A stretch of DNA of 64,000 bases, taken from Candidatus Omnitrophota bacterium. GTDB taxonomy: Bacteria; Omnitrophota; Gorgyraeia; Gygaellales; Profunditerraquicolaceae. Shown in pieces: positions 20,037 through 29,866 of the stretch. The stretch lies in contig CAWDSS010000017.1 of assembly GCA_963805065.1 (NCBI GenBank), positions 726 to 64,725 on the forward strand, in the 5' to 3' direction. The notes beneath the pieces are model-generated. The model worked only from the letters and a program-made list of their open reading frames with translations. It ran no database searches and was not told the origin of the DNA. Positions within the stretch are counted from its first letter, which is position 1. Every line of letters starts with the position of its first letter. The position numbers and the translations under genes are program-made.

Positions 20037-21610
20037 CGTGAACCCGGTTCACCCAACTCTATATTTCCACGCCATCCTCTGGGAGCCACGAAATTTATAA
20101 AGCGCCCCGCTCGAGACATAACCTCTGCGAAAGACGGATTGTTGGAAACCACAGATATTCCATCCTGTTCTCCCGTCCACATTTTAAGCCATGGCCGGCG
20201 CAAACCCTCACGCAGCATCATTATCTTCATAGGATCAAAGCCCATCAGGCGAGCTGCTACTGTGTCGACTGCAAGAGGATTGAAACCGCTCAAGATTACA
20301 CCACAAGAACGTGCCGTAGGCGACAATGGCCCCTCAGCTTCGCCCCCTATGATGCCATCTATCACAGAAAAAAATCTGCGTTGAGGCGTTGCTTGCAATT
20401 TACCATCACGGTCCGCATATAGAACAATACGATTAAGATCAAGCGTCATTCTCCATGCAGTATCATTACCATACCATGCGCCTCCAATAATATTACCCAA
20501 ATAGCCTTCCCCCTTTCGAAAATGTCCCACCATATCCGCAACTTGCTGCCCTGCTATTTGGAACCGATAGAGTAGTTTGTAGGCCAAGTCAGCTGATCTT
20601 GTTTCACGTGATAGGATACTAGTTAGTAACCACATTCTGTAGCGATTGACTAGGTTCTGAAACCAGCCTAAATCTGGGTGTTCATCCCCACCCCGATCAG
20701 GGGTACCAATCCGATAATGTGGTATGTAATTCTTGTCTCCCTGAGTGCCTACAATTCCTTTCAAGTTTAGCGTCACGCCAACTTTGGAGTGGACTTTGAG
20801 TTTTGGTATTGATATGATAACATCTGCATCAATAAATGTTTTGGCAATACAATAACGGTGATGACCTCCGATATGATGTTGCACTGTATGTTCACGGTTA
20901 TAATCCGAACCATATATCAAACGACAAGCTTCATCACTAAGACCAGCAAACTCACTAGAAGCCCCTAAATCTACCTCCAAGTAGCCCAAAGGGTCGCGGC
21001 TTGCTCGCTGTCGCAGATGAGAAGGTGCAAACACTTTTTTGAAATCCCAAGGCGCGTATAATTGACGAAGGTCATAAACTTCAATTTCAAAACCTGCAAC
21101 GTCACGGTAGAATGATACTATCTCGCCGACACCTGTAATCTGTTTCCAATTCTCAAAGTCCGAGTGGGCAAGCGGACAATCAGCGATAATCAATCTACCT
21201 TTGCCTTTAAGAGCTAAGTAGGCATAATCAACTACAGCCCTAAGCACAGAACCATGCGTGATACTGGCAAACACAGTCTCGCCAGACTTTAGGTTAATAT
21301 CCCAGACAGCATTAGGTTTGACTACGACAGTATGCCCGGGCGATATCACCGTTCCTAAGGGATTCCAACCTGGTGTATCCACCCTAGTCACATCTAAGTC
21401 TAACATCACGAAAGATTGACGGACGGCATGGTATACATGATTAGTCGGCTCAATGGACAAATGATCTTTAAATGGATACTCTGGATACATTTCGGGTGGA
21501 TGATATGGAGGATTTAAGGGATACCGAGCTTGATCACTATAAGAAAGCGCAACGCGAGAATCGCTCAAATCATGCGATGTCACAATATTCCTCCTATCAT
21601 TTCCACACAT
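20033..21610 (-). CDS. DUF362-like protein
   Basis: HTVVVKPNAVWD and GRLIIADCP segments resemble my recollection of DUF362. At 525 aa it is longer than typical. ATGA overlap with the downstream gene. Confidence 0.45.
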   Translation of the reverse strand: MCGNDRRNIVTSHDLSDSRVALSYSDQARYPLNPPYHPPEMYPEYPFKDHLSIEPTNHVYHAVRQSFVMLDLDVTRVDTPGWNPLGTVISPGHTVVVKPNAVWDINLKSGETVFASITHGSVLRAVVDYAYLALKGKGRLIIADCPLAHSDFENWKQITGVGEIVSFYRDVAGFEIEVYDLRQLYAPWDFKKVFAPSHLRQRASRDPLGYLEVDLGASSEFAGLSDEACRLIYGSDYNREHTVQHHIGGHHRYCIAKTFIDADVIISIPKLKVHSKVGVTLNLKGIVGTQGDKNYIPHYRIGTPDRGGDEHPDLGWFQNLVNRYRMWLLTSILSRETRSADLAYKLLYRFQIAGQQVADMVGHFRKGEGYLGNIIGGAWYGNDTAWRMTLDLNRIVLYADRDGKLQATPQRRFFSVIDGIIGGEAEGPLSPTARSCGVILSGFNPLAVDTVAARLMGFDPMKIMMLREGLRRPWLKMWTGEQDGISVVSNNPSFAEVMSRAGRFINFVAPRGWRGNIELGEPGSR

Positions 21611-21659
21611 TTCTCAACCTACCATATTTATACTGCTCCCTATTAACAAATAAGGTGTT

Positions 21660-21878
21660 TTAAGTTAGAATATGGCTCAAGGGGCTAATCCCCAAAAAGG
21701 AACCAATTCTAATGGAAAAAAAGACACTGAACCAACCAGCAAAAGCTGACAATCGTGCTTGAAGCTTAGTAAAAAAAGCTGAATCATGCCTAACTGAAAA
21801 AACTTGCGCCCCATGAGCTAAGCAAAACAAAGTAGAACCACCACCTCCATATTCAAATATACGATTTCTGTGAATAAG
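21660..21878 (-). pseudogene. Start-less fragment resembling the N-terminal SAM-binding part of a class I methyltransferase
   Basis: Hand translation between stops: LIHRNRIFEYGGGGSTLFCLAHGAQVFSVRHDSAFFTKLQARL...SHILT*. The EYGGGGST..GA.V.SV.HD pattern is like motif I/II of Methyltransf-type proteins. There is no in-frame start codon. It lies in the otherwise ORF-free 21611-22121 gap. Confidence 0.3.
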
Positions 21879-22121
21879 TCAGCTTTTAATGAAATCAATA
21901 GCATCAAATGTCATCCATAGAGATAGTGCTAAAAACAAATAATTTTTTTCTTAGATTTAATCCAACGTAGAATATTCTTGCGTTGAATTTAATTTATAGC
22001 CAATTTGAATAAAAATTTAATATCTAACCTAAGAAACAAGGATTTGTTTTTCAGATAAGAATTAAACCTATGCATTCCGGTTATTTCAAAAGTTATCTGT
22101 TCGCTATTTTTCATTCTTTTC

Positions 22122-23459
22122 TTATGGCTTATTTTTTAAAAACATACGCCTAAAACCTAAAAAAGTCAAAGACTCCATTTGCATTCGAAAACAAGGTATA
22201 GTTCTTCTATTAAAAACATTAAGTAAAACAGTAGCACTCATTTGAGCAATTAGGGAAGCAATCGCAGCACCAATGATACCATAGGTTGGTATAAATATAT
22301 AATTCAAAACAACATTTATCACTGCTCCTCCAGCGGTCAAATATAAACACAGATTCTGAAGGTTTTCAGATATAAACCAGTTGCTACTGGCAACCCCCAA
22401 AGCTACAAATACCCCTGTCCAGATATGTATAGCCAGCACATTAGATGCTTCTCTAAACGCCTGACCATAAAGCAATACCACTAAATATCTAGAGAAAAAA
22501 GTCATAGGTATAGCTACTACTAATGCCAACCATACCATTAAATCATAAAGCCGCTGAAGCCGTTCATAGTACAACGCTTCACTCTTTTTTTTAGCGTTTA
22601 ATACCGCGGGAAACAAAGAATTTGTAATTACCACAGGAACAAAGTACCATACTTCTGAAAGTTTGACTGCCGCTGAATACAAACCCACCGCAGTTTCATT
22701 AAGCATCCCCTTAATCATAACCTGATCAATCCGCATGTAAATCATAATAGCGATTCCTGATAAAATCAAAGGCCAGGAATTCTTAAGCATTTCTTTTGCT
22801 ATGCTAAACTCAAAATACCTAAAAAACAATCCTAATTTCTGCTGCCAATAAGAAAAAGTAAACGATACTGCCAATGTGACATAATCAATAAGAATAACGA
22901 GAACAAACCAGAAAAGATCGGCTTTTATAAAAACAAGGTATAGCTTAAGCAAAGACGAAAGCGCAAGTTGTGTTAACTTACATATAGACACGTATTTTGA
23001 AAGAACTTTAGACTTGAAATAAAAATCTACAACCTCGAAAGACTGAAAAAGTAAACCACTGGCAATAATAAATATATAAAGATTGGTCGTCGAGTCATTA
23101 GATGTAAATTGAATTGCTATCCCCAGAATGCCTAAAGTAAACAAAGCCCCTACGACTTTAAGCCAGAAAAAAGTGCCGAGATAAACGTCTCTTTTGTCCG
23201 GATGATTTACCAACTCTCTAACAGCAATACTGTCCAACCCTAATTTGGAAACTGCGCCAAAAAGCGCTACAAACGCCAGAGTATAACTAAAAATACCGAA
23301 GTTTCCCGGGCCTAAATACCGGGCAACATAGACTCCTACAAAAAGCCCGACAATAAGCCGTAAAATAGATTCAGTAAATAGCCATGATGTGTTGGTAAAA
23401 TACTTGCGGAAACCGCTATGATTTAGAATTTCTTTTAGTTTGTATGATAGTTTTGTCAT
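22122..23459 (-). CDS. wzx: Oligosaccharide flippase (Wzx, MOP/PST superfamily)
   Basis: 445 aa, about 12 TM segments, with N-terminus FRKYFTNTSWLFTESILRLIVGLFVGVYVARYLGPGNFG typical of polysaccharide biosynthesis flippases. Confidence 0.75.
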   Translation of the reverse strand: MTKLSYKLKEILNHSGFRKYFTNTSWLFTESILRLIVGLFVGVYVARYLGPGNFGIFSYTLAFVALFGAVSKLGLDSIAVRELVNHPDKRDVYLGTFFWLKVVGALFTLGILGIAIQFTSNDSTTNLYIFIIASGLLFQSFEVVDFYFKSKVLSKYVSICKLTQLALSSLLKLYLVFIKADLFWFVLVILIDYVTLAVSFTFSYWQQKLGLFFRYFEFSIAKEMLKNSWPLILSGIAIMIYMRIDQVMIKGMLNETAVGLYSAAVKLSEVWYFVPVVITNSLFPAVLNAKKKSEALYYERLQRLYDLMVWLALVVAIPMTFFSRYLVVLLYGQAFREASNVLAIHIWTGVFVALGVASSNWFISENLQNLCLYLTAGGAVINVVLNYIFIPTYGIIGAAIASLIAQMSATVLLNVFNRRTIPCFRMQMESLTFLGFRRMFLKNKP

Positions 23460-23463
23460 AAAT

Positions 23464-24411
<948 letters not shown>

Positions 24412-25455
24412 TTAATCCGCCTTCCACCATCTATAAGGAAGTTTTTTCTGAACAATCTTATCGCCCTCCCCTATAGGCTCTAAACCGCAGACCCTCATAT
24501 CAGCATCAACCATTATCTTGACTAAATCATAGAAATTTATCTTTGGGTGCCACTTAAACACCTTCTTTACTTTTTTAATATCAGCAATAAGATCACTTAC
24601 TTCTGTCGGCCGAAAATAACGCGGGTCAATTCTTACGTATTTCTTCCACTTTAGGCCCACGTAATTAAAAGCTTCCTCTACTAATTCTTTTACAGAATGA
24701 GACACCCCTGTACCTATAACATAATCATCGGGTTTATCCTGCTGCAATATTCGCCACATCATCTCTACATACTCCGGAGCATAGCCCCAGTCTCTCCTTG
24801 CATCTAGATTACCTAAATAAAGCTTATCCTGTTTACCCGCTAATATATTAACTACTGCCCGGGTAATCTTTCTGCTGACAAAAGTTTCCCCTCTGCGGGG
24901 GCTTTCGTGATTAAAAAGTATGCCGTTACAAGTAAACATATTATAGCCATCGCGGTAGTTTTTTGCTATCCAATACGAATAAAGCTTAGCGCAGGCATAA
25001 GGGCTTTGCGGTTTAAAACTAGTAGTTTCTGATTGCGGGGGAGGCGCGGAACCGAACATTTCGCTAGAAGATGCCTGATAAAACTTAATTTTCCTGCTGC
25101 TGCGGCGGATTGCCTCCAGAATACGGGTGGTGCCTAAAGCAGTAATATTTCCCGTATACTCGGGGATATCAAAACTTACCCTGACATGGCTTTGCGCGGC
25201 TAAATGATAAACTTCATCAGGTTTTATATTAAAGATAATGTTATTGATTTGTTCAGCGTCGGAGATATCACCATAATGCAGAAATAACTTGGCTTTTTTA
25301 GAATGCGGGTCAACATAAACATGGCCTATCCTACCAGTATTAAAAGTGCTTGCCCTTCTTATAATACCATGCACTTCATACCTTCTTGATAGAAGCAATT
25401 CTGCTAAATATGAGCCGTCCTGGCCAGTGATTCCGGTTATGAGAGCCTTTTTCAT
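24412..25455 (-). CDS. gmd: GDP-mannose 4,6-dehydratase
   Basis: [54 protein letters not shown]. These are highly characteristic Gmd blocks. Confidence 0.92.
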   Translation of the reverse strand: MKKALITGITGQDGSYLAELLLSRRYEVHGIIRRASTFNTGRIGHVYVDPHSKKAKLFLHYGDISDAEQINNIIFNIKPDEVYHLAAQSHVRVSFDIPEYTGNITALGTTRILEAIRRSSRKIKFYQASSSEMFGSAPPPQSETTSFKPQSPYACAKLYSYWIAKNYRDGYNMFTCNGILFNHESPRRGETFVSRKITRAVVNILAGKQDKLYLGNLDARRDWGYAPEYVEMMWRILQQDKPDDYVIGTGVSHSVKELVEEAFNYVGLKWKKYVRIDPRYFRPTEVSDLIADIKKVKKVFKWHPKINFYDLVKIMVDADMRVCGLEPIGEGDKIVQKKLPYRWWKAD

Positions 25456-25469
25456 TATTTAGCTTCTCC

Positions 25470-26312
25470 TTATTTAGCTTTCTCTTCCTTACCTTTCTGC
25501 CAAAATTCCATAAAAAAGGCTAAAAATACACCAAACATAAGGCTGAGTATCCCAGAGATTGCCACATTTAGTTTTTTCTTTGGTTTTATGGGGTATTTTG
25601 GCGTAATCGGCATCTCAGCAATCTTAAATTCCTTGGCATCTGAAACAAGTAAAAGCTGTAAGTTATTGCTGTGATCCTTAAGTGAAGTAAGGTAAGTTTC
25701 ATAGTTAGGCAGAGAATTCACCAGAATAATCATCCTTAAAGATTCCTCCGCTGGAGAAATACCTGGGATCTTAGGAAGTTCGGCAATCAGGCTTCGTGTC
25801 CTGTCTACTTCCTTCTCTACGCTACCGATTTGAGTAATTAACTCTTCTAGGCGAACCTTGATAACGGCTAATCGTTGCTGATAAATATCTTGCCATTTGG
25901 CAATAAGAGGATTAATGAGTGCATCGTTTATTTTGAATGCCGTAGCAAGCCCAGGATATTCTATTGTTACCCTTAACAAGTTAGTGTCTTTTACGTCTTC
26001 GATCTTAATATATTTTTTTAAGCGTTCGACATACATACCAGAAAGGTTCAGTTGTTTAATTATCGAAGAAAGGGAATCCTGATTTAATATTGCTGCACTT
26101 GCTTCATCCTTAGTGATCAAAAGCCTATCGATGTTTCCAAGCTGGATCATGGTAGTCACTTCATATACCTTTGGCTCTAGAAAACTAACAATGGCTGTTG
26201 TAATCACTGAAACAAAAAACACAGTTAAGATAAATTTCTTCCGCTTAATAATCACATTGATGTAATCGCGTAAATCAATTTCATCCTCTATCGGTTGTTG
26301 TTGCGTATTCAT
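25470..26312 (-). CDS. Wzz-like polysaccharide chain-length determinant
   Basis: N-terminal EIDLRDYINVIIKRKKFILTVFFVSVI (Wzz domain plus TM1), a long coiled middle, and a C-terminal TM (ISGILSLMFGVFLAFF). Confidence 0.65.
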   Translation of the reverse strand: MNTQQQPIEDEIDLRDYINVIIKRKKFILTVFFVSVITTAIVSFLEPKVYEVTTMIQLGNIDRLLITKDEASAAILNQDSLSSIIKQLNLSGMYVERLKKYIKIEDVKDTNLLRVTIEYPGLATAFKINDALINPLIAKWQDIYQQRLAVIKVRLEELITQIGSVEKEVDRTRSLIAELPKIPGISPAEESLRMIILVNSLPNYETYLTSLKDHSNNLQLLLVSDAKEFKIAEMPITPKYPIKPKKKLNVAISGILSLMFGVFLAFFMEFWQKGKEEKAK

Positions 26313-27130
26313 TATTCCTCCTTGAATTTGTTAAGTATCTCTTCTTTCTTCTTAACCAACGCTTTAGGGTTTTCGATGAGATCGGTTGCGCTCCAGGCAT
26401 CGTGGCAATATCTTTTAAGATATTCGTATTGCAGGTAACCATAGCCTTTATCTGCCCATTTTGCACCCCAGGAATTCTTGAATTTAAAGACCTGCCTTGC
26501 GTCATCAAAGCCTACAATGCATATAGCATGGCCTCCCAAGAGCTCTTCATTTCTTTTAGGCATGGGAATTAAGCCGGTGTTAAGTGCCTTCCTGCTCATC
26601 CAGGATGCAAAAACTTTTACTCCAGCAAGAAACGGCCCGTTTACCAGCAAGCTTCTTTTCATTTCCACTACGCTATTAAGCCGCGCATATGCCTTAATGC
26701 GGTATCTCTTTGCGTCCTTATTTGCATTTTTCTTAGGCCGGTCTTTTTGATGCGGTTTGTAAGGCCATTCATTTTCCGGGCAAACTCCGTAATTAAGCAA
26801 TACCTTCATTGCAACACGCGGATATGTCCCTTCTTCATCAGGCGCGCCGTCAAATTGTTTACATAGGCTGTATACGTAGCGCGGAGACAGTTCGATAAGC
26901 TTCCTGTATTCTTTAGAATCCTCATATTCTTTCACACCCACAACAGAAGCAAACGCAACACAAGTGCCGTCGCTACCCTGATCCCTGACAGGAGTCATGC
27001 TTGCGGTGTAATCAAAACGTTTAGGCAGGAGGATTGGCGGCAAAACAAGCGCCATGGAAATATCGCGTAAATCCTTGGGGTCTTTACGGCAGCCGAAAGA
27101 ATAAATTAATTTTGTTTTCATTTTAATCAA
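26312..27130 (-). CDS. Papain-family (C1) cysteine peptidase, no signal peptide
   Basis: Catalytic blocks RDQGSDGTCVAFAS (Gln/Cys), GGHAICIVGFDD (His), FKNSWGAKWADKGYGY (Asn-Ser-Trp). The N-terminus is not hydrophobic. Confidence 0.8.
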   Translation of the reverse strand: MIKMKTKLIYSFGCRKDPKDLRDISMALVLPPILLPKRFDYTASMTPVRDQGSDGTCVAFASVVGVKEYEDSKEYRKLIELSPRYVYSLCKQFDGAPDEEGTYPRVAMKVLLNYGVCPENEWPYKPHQKDRPKKNANKDAKRYRIKAYARLNSVVEMKRSLLVNGPFLAGVKVFASWMSRKALNTGLIPMPKRNEELLGGHAICIVGFDDARQVFKFKNSWGAKWADKGYGYLQYEYLKRYCHDAWSATDLIENPKALVKKKEEILNKFKEE

Positions 27131-28071
27131 AACCTGTGTTTAAATGCTACGTTTATACCTAAATTTTCTCCCAGCTCATTCTTTAAAGCAAAAATAGCTT
27201 CGTCATCTTTGTTAAAATGGACTTCGGCGCCAAAATCAAGGGAACGAATCTGGTCCTTAGCATATTTCATCTCAAAGGTTAAACCAACATCATGGTTTAT
27301 CTTCCATGTTCCGTAAAGGCAAATAATATCAGGGACAGTCCCCTTCGGGGACGGTCCCTGATAACCCACCCCTAAGCGGTATTTAATTGCCCCCTCTTTT
27401 GGATAAATCGTAGGAGTTTCAATCTGGGCTCTAAAATCAAATCTTGAATTTGTGCCTGTAGAGAACATATAACTCAGGCGGTTTGCCGAGCTTATCTGCC
27501 AAAAGCCCGTAAAGGTTAAGGTAGTGGAAATTTTCTCTTTTGTTTTAAGGTTTGTTTTTTGACAGGTATAAATAATCTGCTGATTTTTATCCAACTGCCA
27601 GCCGCCCCGCAGAGTGAGGATATCAGGCGATTCCTTTTGGGTTACCGCAAAATAAATCTGATTTGACTCATCAGCTGCCCATGTACCGCTCAATTTTAAA
27701 AGCCTGACCTGCGTCAAGCCATTCTTATCGGTTGATTTAACCTCAAAAACGAGCTTATCGCTTTCACAAGAGATAATCTCGCCCTTAAACATAAGAACTT
27801 CTTTCTCTGAGTCCGATGTATTTTTACTAATCTCTAGTTCCAAATCATTGTTAGGATCAAGAGACCAATTACCTGTAAAAACGATTTTTTGCGGCAGCTG
27901 ATATTTCATCCGCCAGGTTTCAGGTTCATTAAGCCAATAAATAAGATTATTATTTTCACCTATTGAAAAAGTTCCGTCAGCAAGGAAGGTTTCTTGTCCG
28001 TTGGCAACAACCAGATGATTATCATTATCAATCGAATATCTATTGCGCATTGGCATTATACTTATGGCCAA
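27127..28071 (-). CDS. Hypothetical protein built from about 9 beta-hairpin-like repeats
   Basis: Recurring about every 30 aa: FTGNWSLDPNNDLELEI, LSGTWAADESNQIYFAV, LRGGWQLDKNQQIIYTC, FTGFWQISSANRLSYMF, LYGTWKINHDVGLTFEM. No signal peptide. 4-nt overlap with the C1 peptidase gene. Confidence 0.6.
   Translation of the reverse strand: MAISIMPMRNRYSIDNDNHLVVANGQETFLADGTFSIGENNNLIYWLNEPETWRMKYQLPQKIVFTGNWSLDPNNDLELEISKNTSDSEKEVLMFKGEIISCESDKLVFEVKSTDKNGLTQVRLLKLSGTWAADESNQIYFAVTQKESPDILTLRGGWQLDKNQQIIYTCQKTNLKTKEKISTTLTFTGFWQISSANRLSYMFSTGTNSRFDFRAQIETPTIYPKEGAIKYRLGVGYQGPSPKGTVPDIICLYGTWKINHDVGLTFEMKYAKDQIRSLDFGAEVHFNKDDEAIFALKNELGENLGINVAFKHRF
27330..27360. repeat. GGGAC hairpin element, copy 1 (inside the beta-repeat CDS)
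   Basis: caGGGACAGTCCCCTTCGGGGACGGTCCCtg. Translated in-frame as Q-G-P-S-P-K-G-T-V-P-D. Confidence 0.9.
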
Positions 28072-29072
28072 TTCTTATGAGATAGATACCAGTTCACAGT
28101 AAGCCTGATTCCTTGTTCAAATCCTACTTTCGGCTTCCACCCGGTTTCACTTACCACCTTCTTAGAATTAAGCCGGTATCTTATATCGTGCCCAGGCCTG
28201 TCTTTGACAAACCTTATTAACTTGTTGGGCTTTCCTAATATTTTCAGAATCTTTTTCACTACTTCTATATTTCTTTTCTCCTGCCCGCTTCCTATGTTAT
28301 AAATCTCCCCCGTCCTGCCTTTTTTTAGGACTGAAAGTATTGCTTTAGCGCAATCAGACACATACAGCCATTCCCTTATATTCTGGCCCTTTGCATAAAC
28401 AGGGACGTTTCTATTTTTTAAGGCTCGGGAAATTATCACTGGAATTAGTTTTTCCGGATATTGCCAAGGGCCGTAATTATTACAAGGCCTCACAATTATT
28501 GCGGGAAAATTGTAAGTTCTAATGTAAGATTTTATGAGTAAATCTGCAGCAGCCTTGGAAGCGGCATACGGACTGTTAGGCCGTAAGGAGCTTTCTTCGC
28601 TGAATTTACCCAATTTTGTCTCCCCATATACTTCATCAGTGCTAATTTGTAAAAACTTTCTTATTTTATATTTTCTTGCCATATCTAATAAAACCAAGAC
28701 CCCTTTTATGTTTGTATCAACGAAGGGAACGGCATCCACGATGCTGCGGTCGACGTGAGTTTGGGCAGCAAAGTTAACGAGATAATCCGGTTTTTCTTTA
28801 TTAAAAATAAATTCGATTCTAGACTTATCGCAAATATCGGCTTTATAGAATTCAAACTGCTCCTTTACCTCTTCTAATCGCTTCAAGTCACCAGCATAAG
28901 TTAAATTATCAACAACTAAAATCTCAGGGACAGTCCCCTTCGTGGACAGTCCCTGTTTAACCAATATTCTTACAAATTCGCTACCGATAAAACCTGCACC
29001 GCCGGTTACCAGAATCTTTAGGGACAGTCCCCTTCGGGGACAGTCCCTTATTTTAGGTAATTTTTTACGCAT
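28062..29072 (-). CDS. rfbB: dTDP-glucose 4,6-dehydratase
   Basis: ILVTGGAGFIGS, PNSPYAASKAAADLL (YxxxK), CNNYGPWQYPEKLIP. The only in-frame ATG (29072) gives a 19-aa extension that reads through a repeat element, so the start is uncertain. Confidence 0.88.
   Translation of the reverse strand: MRKKLPKIRDCPRRGLSLKILVTGGAGFIGSEFVRILVKQGLSTKGTVPEILVVDNLTYAGDLKRLEEVKEQFEFYKADICDKSRIEFIFNKEKPDYLVNFAAQTHVDRSIVDAVPFVDTNIKGVLVLLDMARKYKIRKFLQISTDEVYGETKLGKFSEESSLRPNSPYAASKAAADLLIKSYIRTYNFPAIIVRPCNNYGPWQYPEKLIPVIISRALKNRNVPVYAKGQNIREWLYVSDCAKAILSVLKKGRTGEIYNIGSGQEKRNIEVVKKILKILGKPNKLIRFVKDRPGHDIRYRLNSKKVVSETGWKPKVGFEQGIRLTVNWYLSHKNWP
28925..28955. repeat. GGGAC hairpin element, copy 2 (inside rfbB)
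   Basis: caGGGACAGTCCCCTTCGTGGACAGTCCCtg. Translated as Q-G-L-S-T-K-G-T-V-P-E between the Rossmann helix and the second beta strand. Confidence 0.9.
29021..29047. repeat. GGGAC hairpin element, copy 3 (abuts the stop codon of the upstream reductase gene)
   Basis: GGGACAGTCCCCTTCGGGGACAGTCCC (consensus copy). It lies immediately 3' of the TAA at 29048-29050 and immediately 5' of the conserved KILVTGGAGFIGS codons of rfbB. Confidence 0.9.
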
Positions 29073-29866
29073 TCTTCCAGCACCTCATTTATAGGCCTGA
29101 CTTTAAAACCGCTATTTTCCAGTTTCTTTGTGGATAAAATCAGGTTAGTCCTCACTAAATTCAGCTTCTTGAAATCTATTACCTTATACTTAAAATTGGT
29201 GACGTGCTTCTTATAAACCTCCAACAGGTCAGGATACCGCAGGCTTCCTTTGTTTACAACGTTATAAATACCTTTGGCATCGATGGCTAACAGGTGTTTT
29301 ATAGCCCTTAGAAAATCAGGAATATAAGTAATTGCATTAGGCAAATCAATAATACTGTGTTTATACTTTATTAACTTATCCAGGAGATTTTTGGGATGAG
29401 GCCTGTCATCAAGAGGAACTCTTAACCTGGGAATCAGGATATTATATTTATGGCTTAATATTTCTAATGCCCGTTCAGAATAAATTTTGCTTCTGCTATA
29501 AAATAAATCAAAAAAATCAGGCAGTTTTTTTTCATCTATAGGCCTGTCTTTGGCATAATCAAAGTGGTAAATACAACCGCTGCTGATATGCACAAGTTTG
29601 ATTTTGTTCCTTAGGGCAACTTCCGCAAGGATAACCGGGACAAAAACATTAGCTTGTAGGGTTTTATCTTTATCGAGCTCGCAATCATCCACGTTCCTTC
29701 CGATATGCCCAATACAGTTAATTATTGTTTTGGGGTTAAATTTATCGATTTCAGCTTGTGCATTTTTGAAAGAATAGATTTTTTTGCCGGAAAGCGCGCA
29801 ATTTAAGCCTTCCTGCAGCCTTTCTCCCAGATAGCCTTTCCCCAATATAAGTATTTTATTGTTCAT
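29048..29866 (-). CDS. RmlD-superfamily sugar-nucleotide reductase resembling NRS/ER-type bifunctional 3,5-epimerase/4-reductases
   Basis: ILILGKGYLG (GxGxxG), SSGCIYHFD, FYSRSKIYSE (YxxxK), PRLRVPLDDRPHPKNLLDKLIKYKHSIIDLPNAITYIPDFL, GIYNVVNKGSLRYPDLLEVY. These align block by block with my recollection of plant NRS/ER (GCIFEYD, FYSKTKAMVEE, LRVRMPISSD..PRNFITKI..VVDIPNSMT, GIYNFTNPGVVSHNEILEMY). Confidence 0.6.
   Translation of the reverse strand: MNNKILILGKGYLGERLQEGLNCALSGKKIYSFKNAQAEIDKFNPKTIINCIGHIGRNVDDCELDKDKTLQANVFVPVILAEVALRNKIKLVHISSGCIYHFDYAKDRPIDEKKLPDFFDLFYSRSKIYSERALEILSHKYNILIPRLRVPLDDRPHPKNLLDKLIKYKHSIIDLPNAITYIPDFLRAIKHLLAIDAKGIYNVVNKGSLRYPDLLEVYKKHVTNFKYKVIDFKKLNLVRTNLILSTKKLENSGFKVRPINEVLEECVKNYLK

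Noticed and set aside
21599-21610. Met-Cys-Gly start of the DUF362-like ORF as a class II (Ntn) glutamine amidotransferase domain that would complement the adjacent Asn-synthase-like protein.
   Set aside because: The sequence after MCG (NDRRNIVTSHDLSDSRV...) bears no resemblance to GATase II N-terminal domains. This is probably coincidence.
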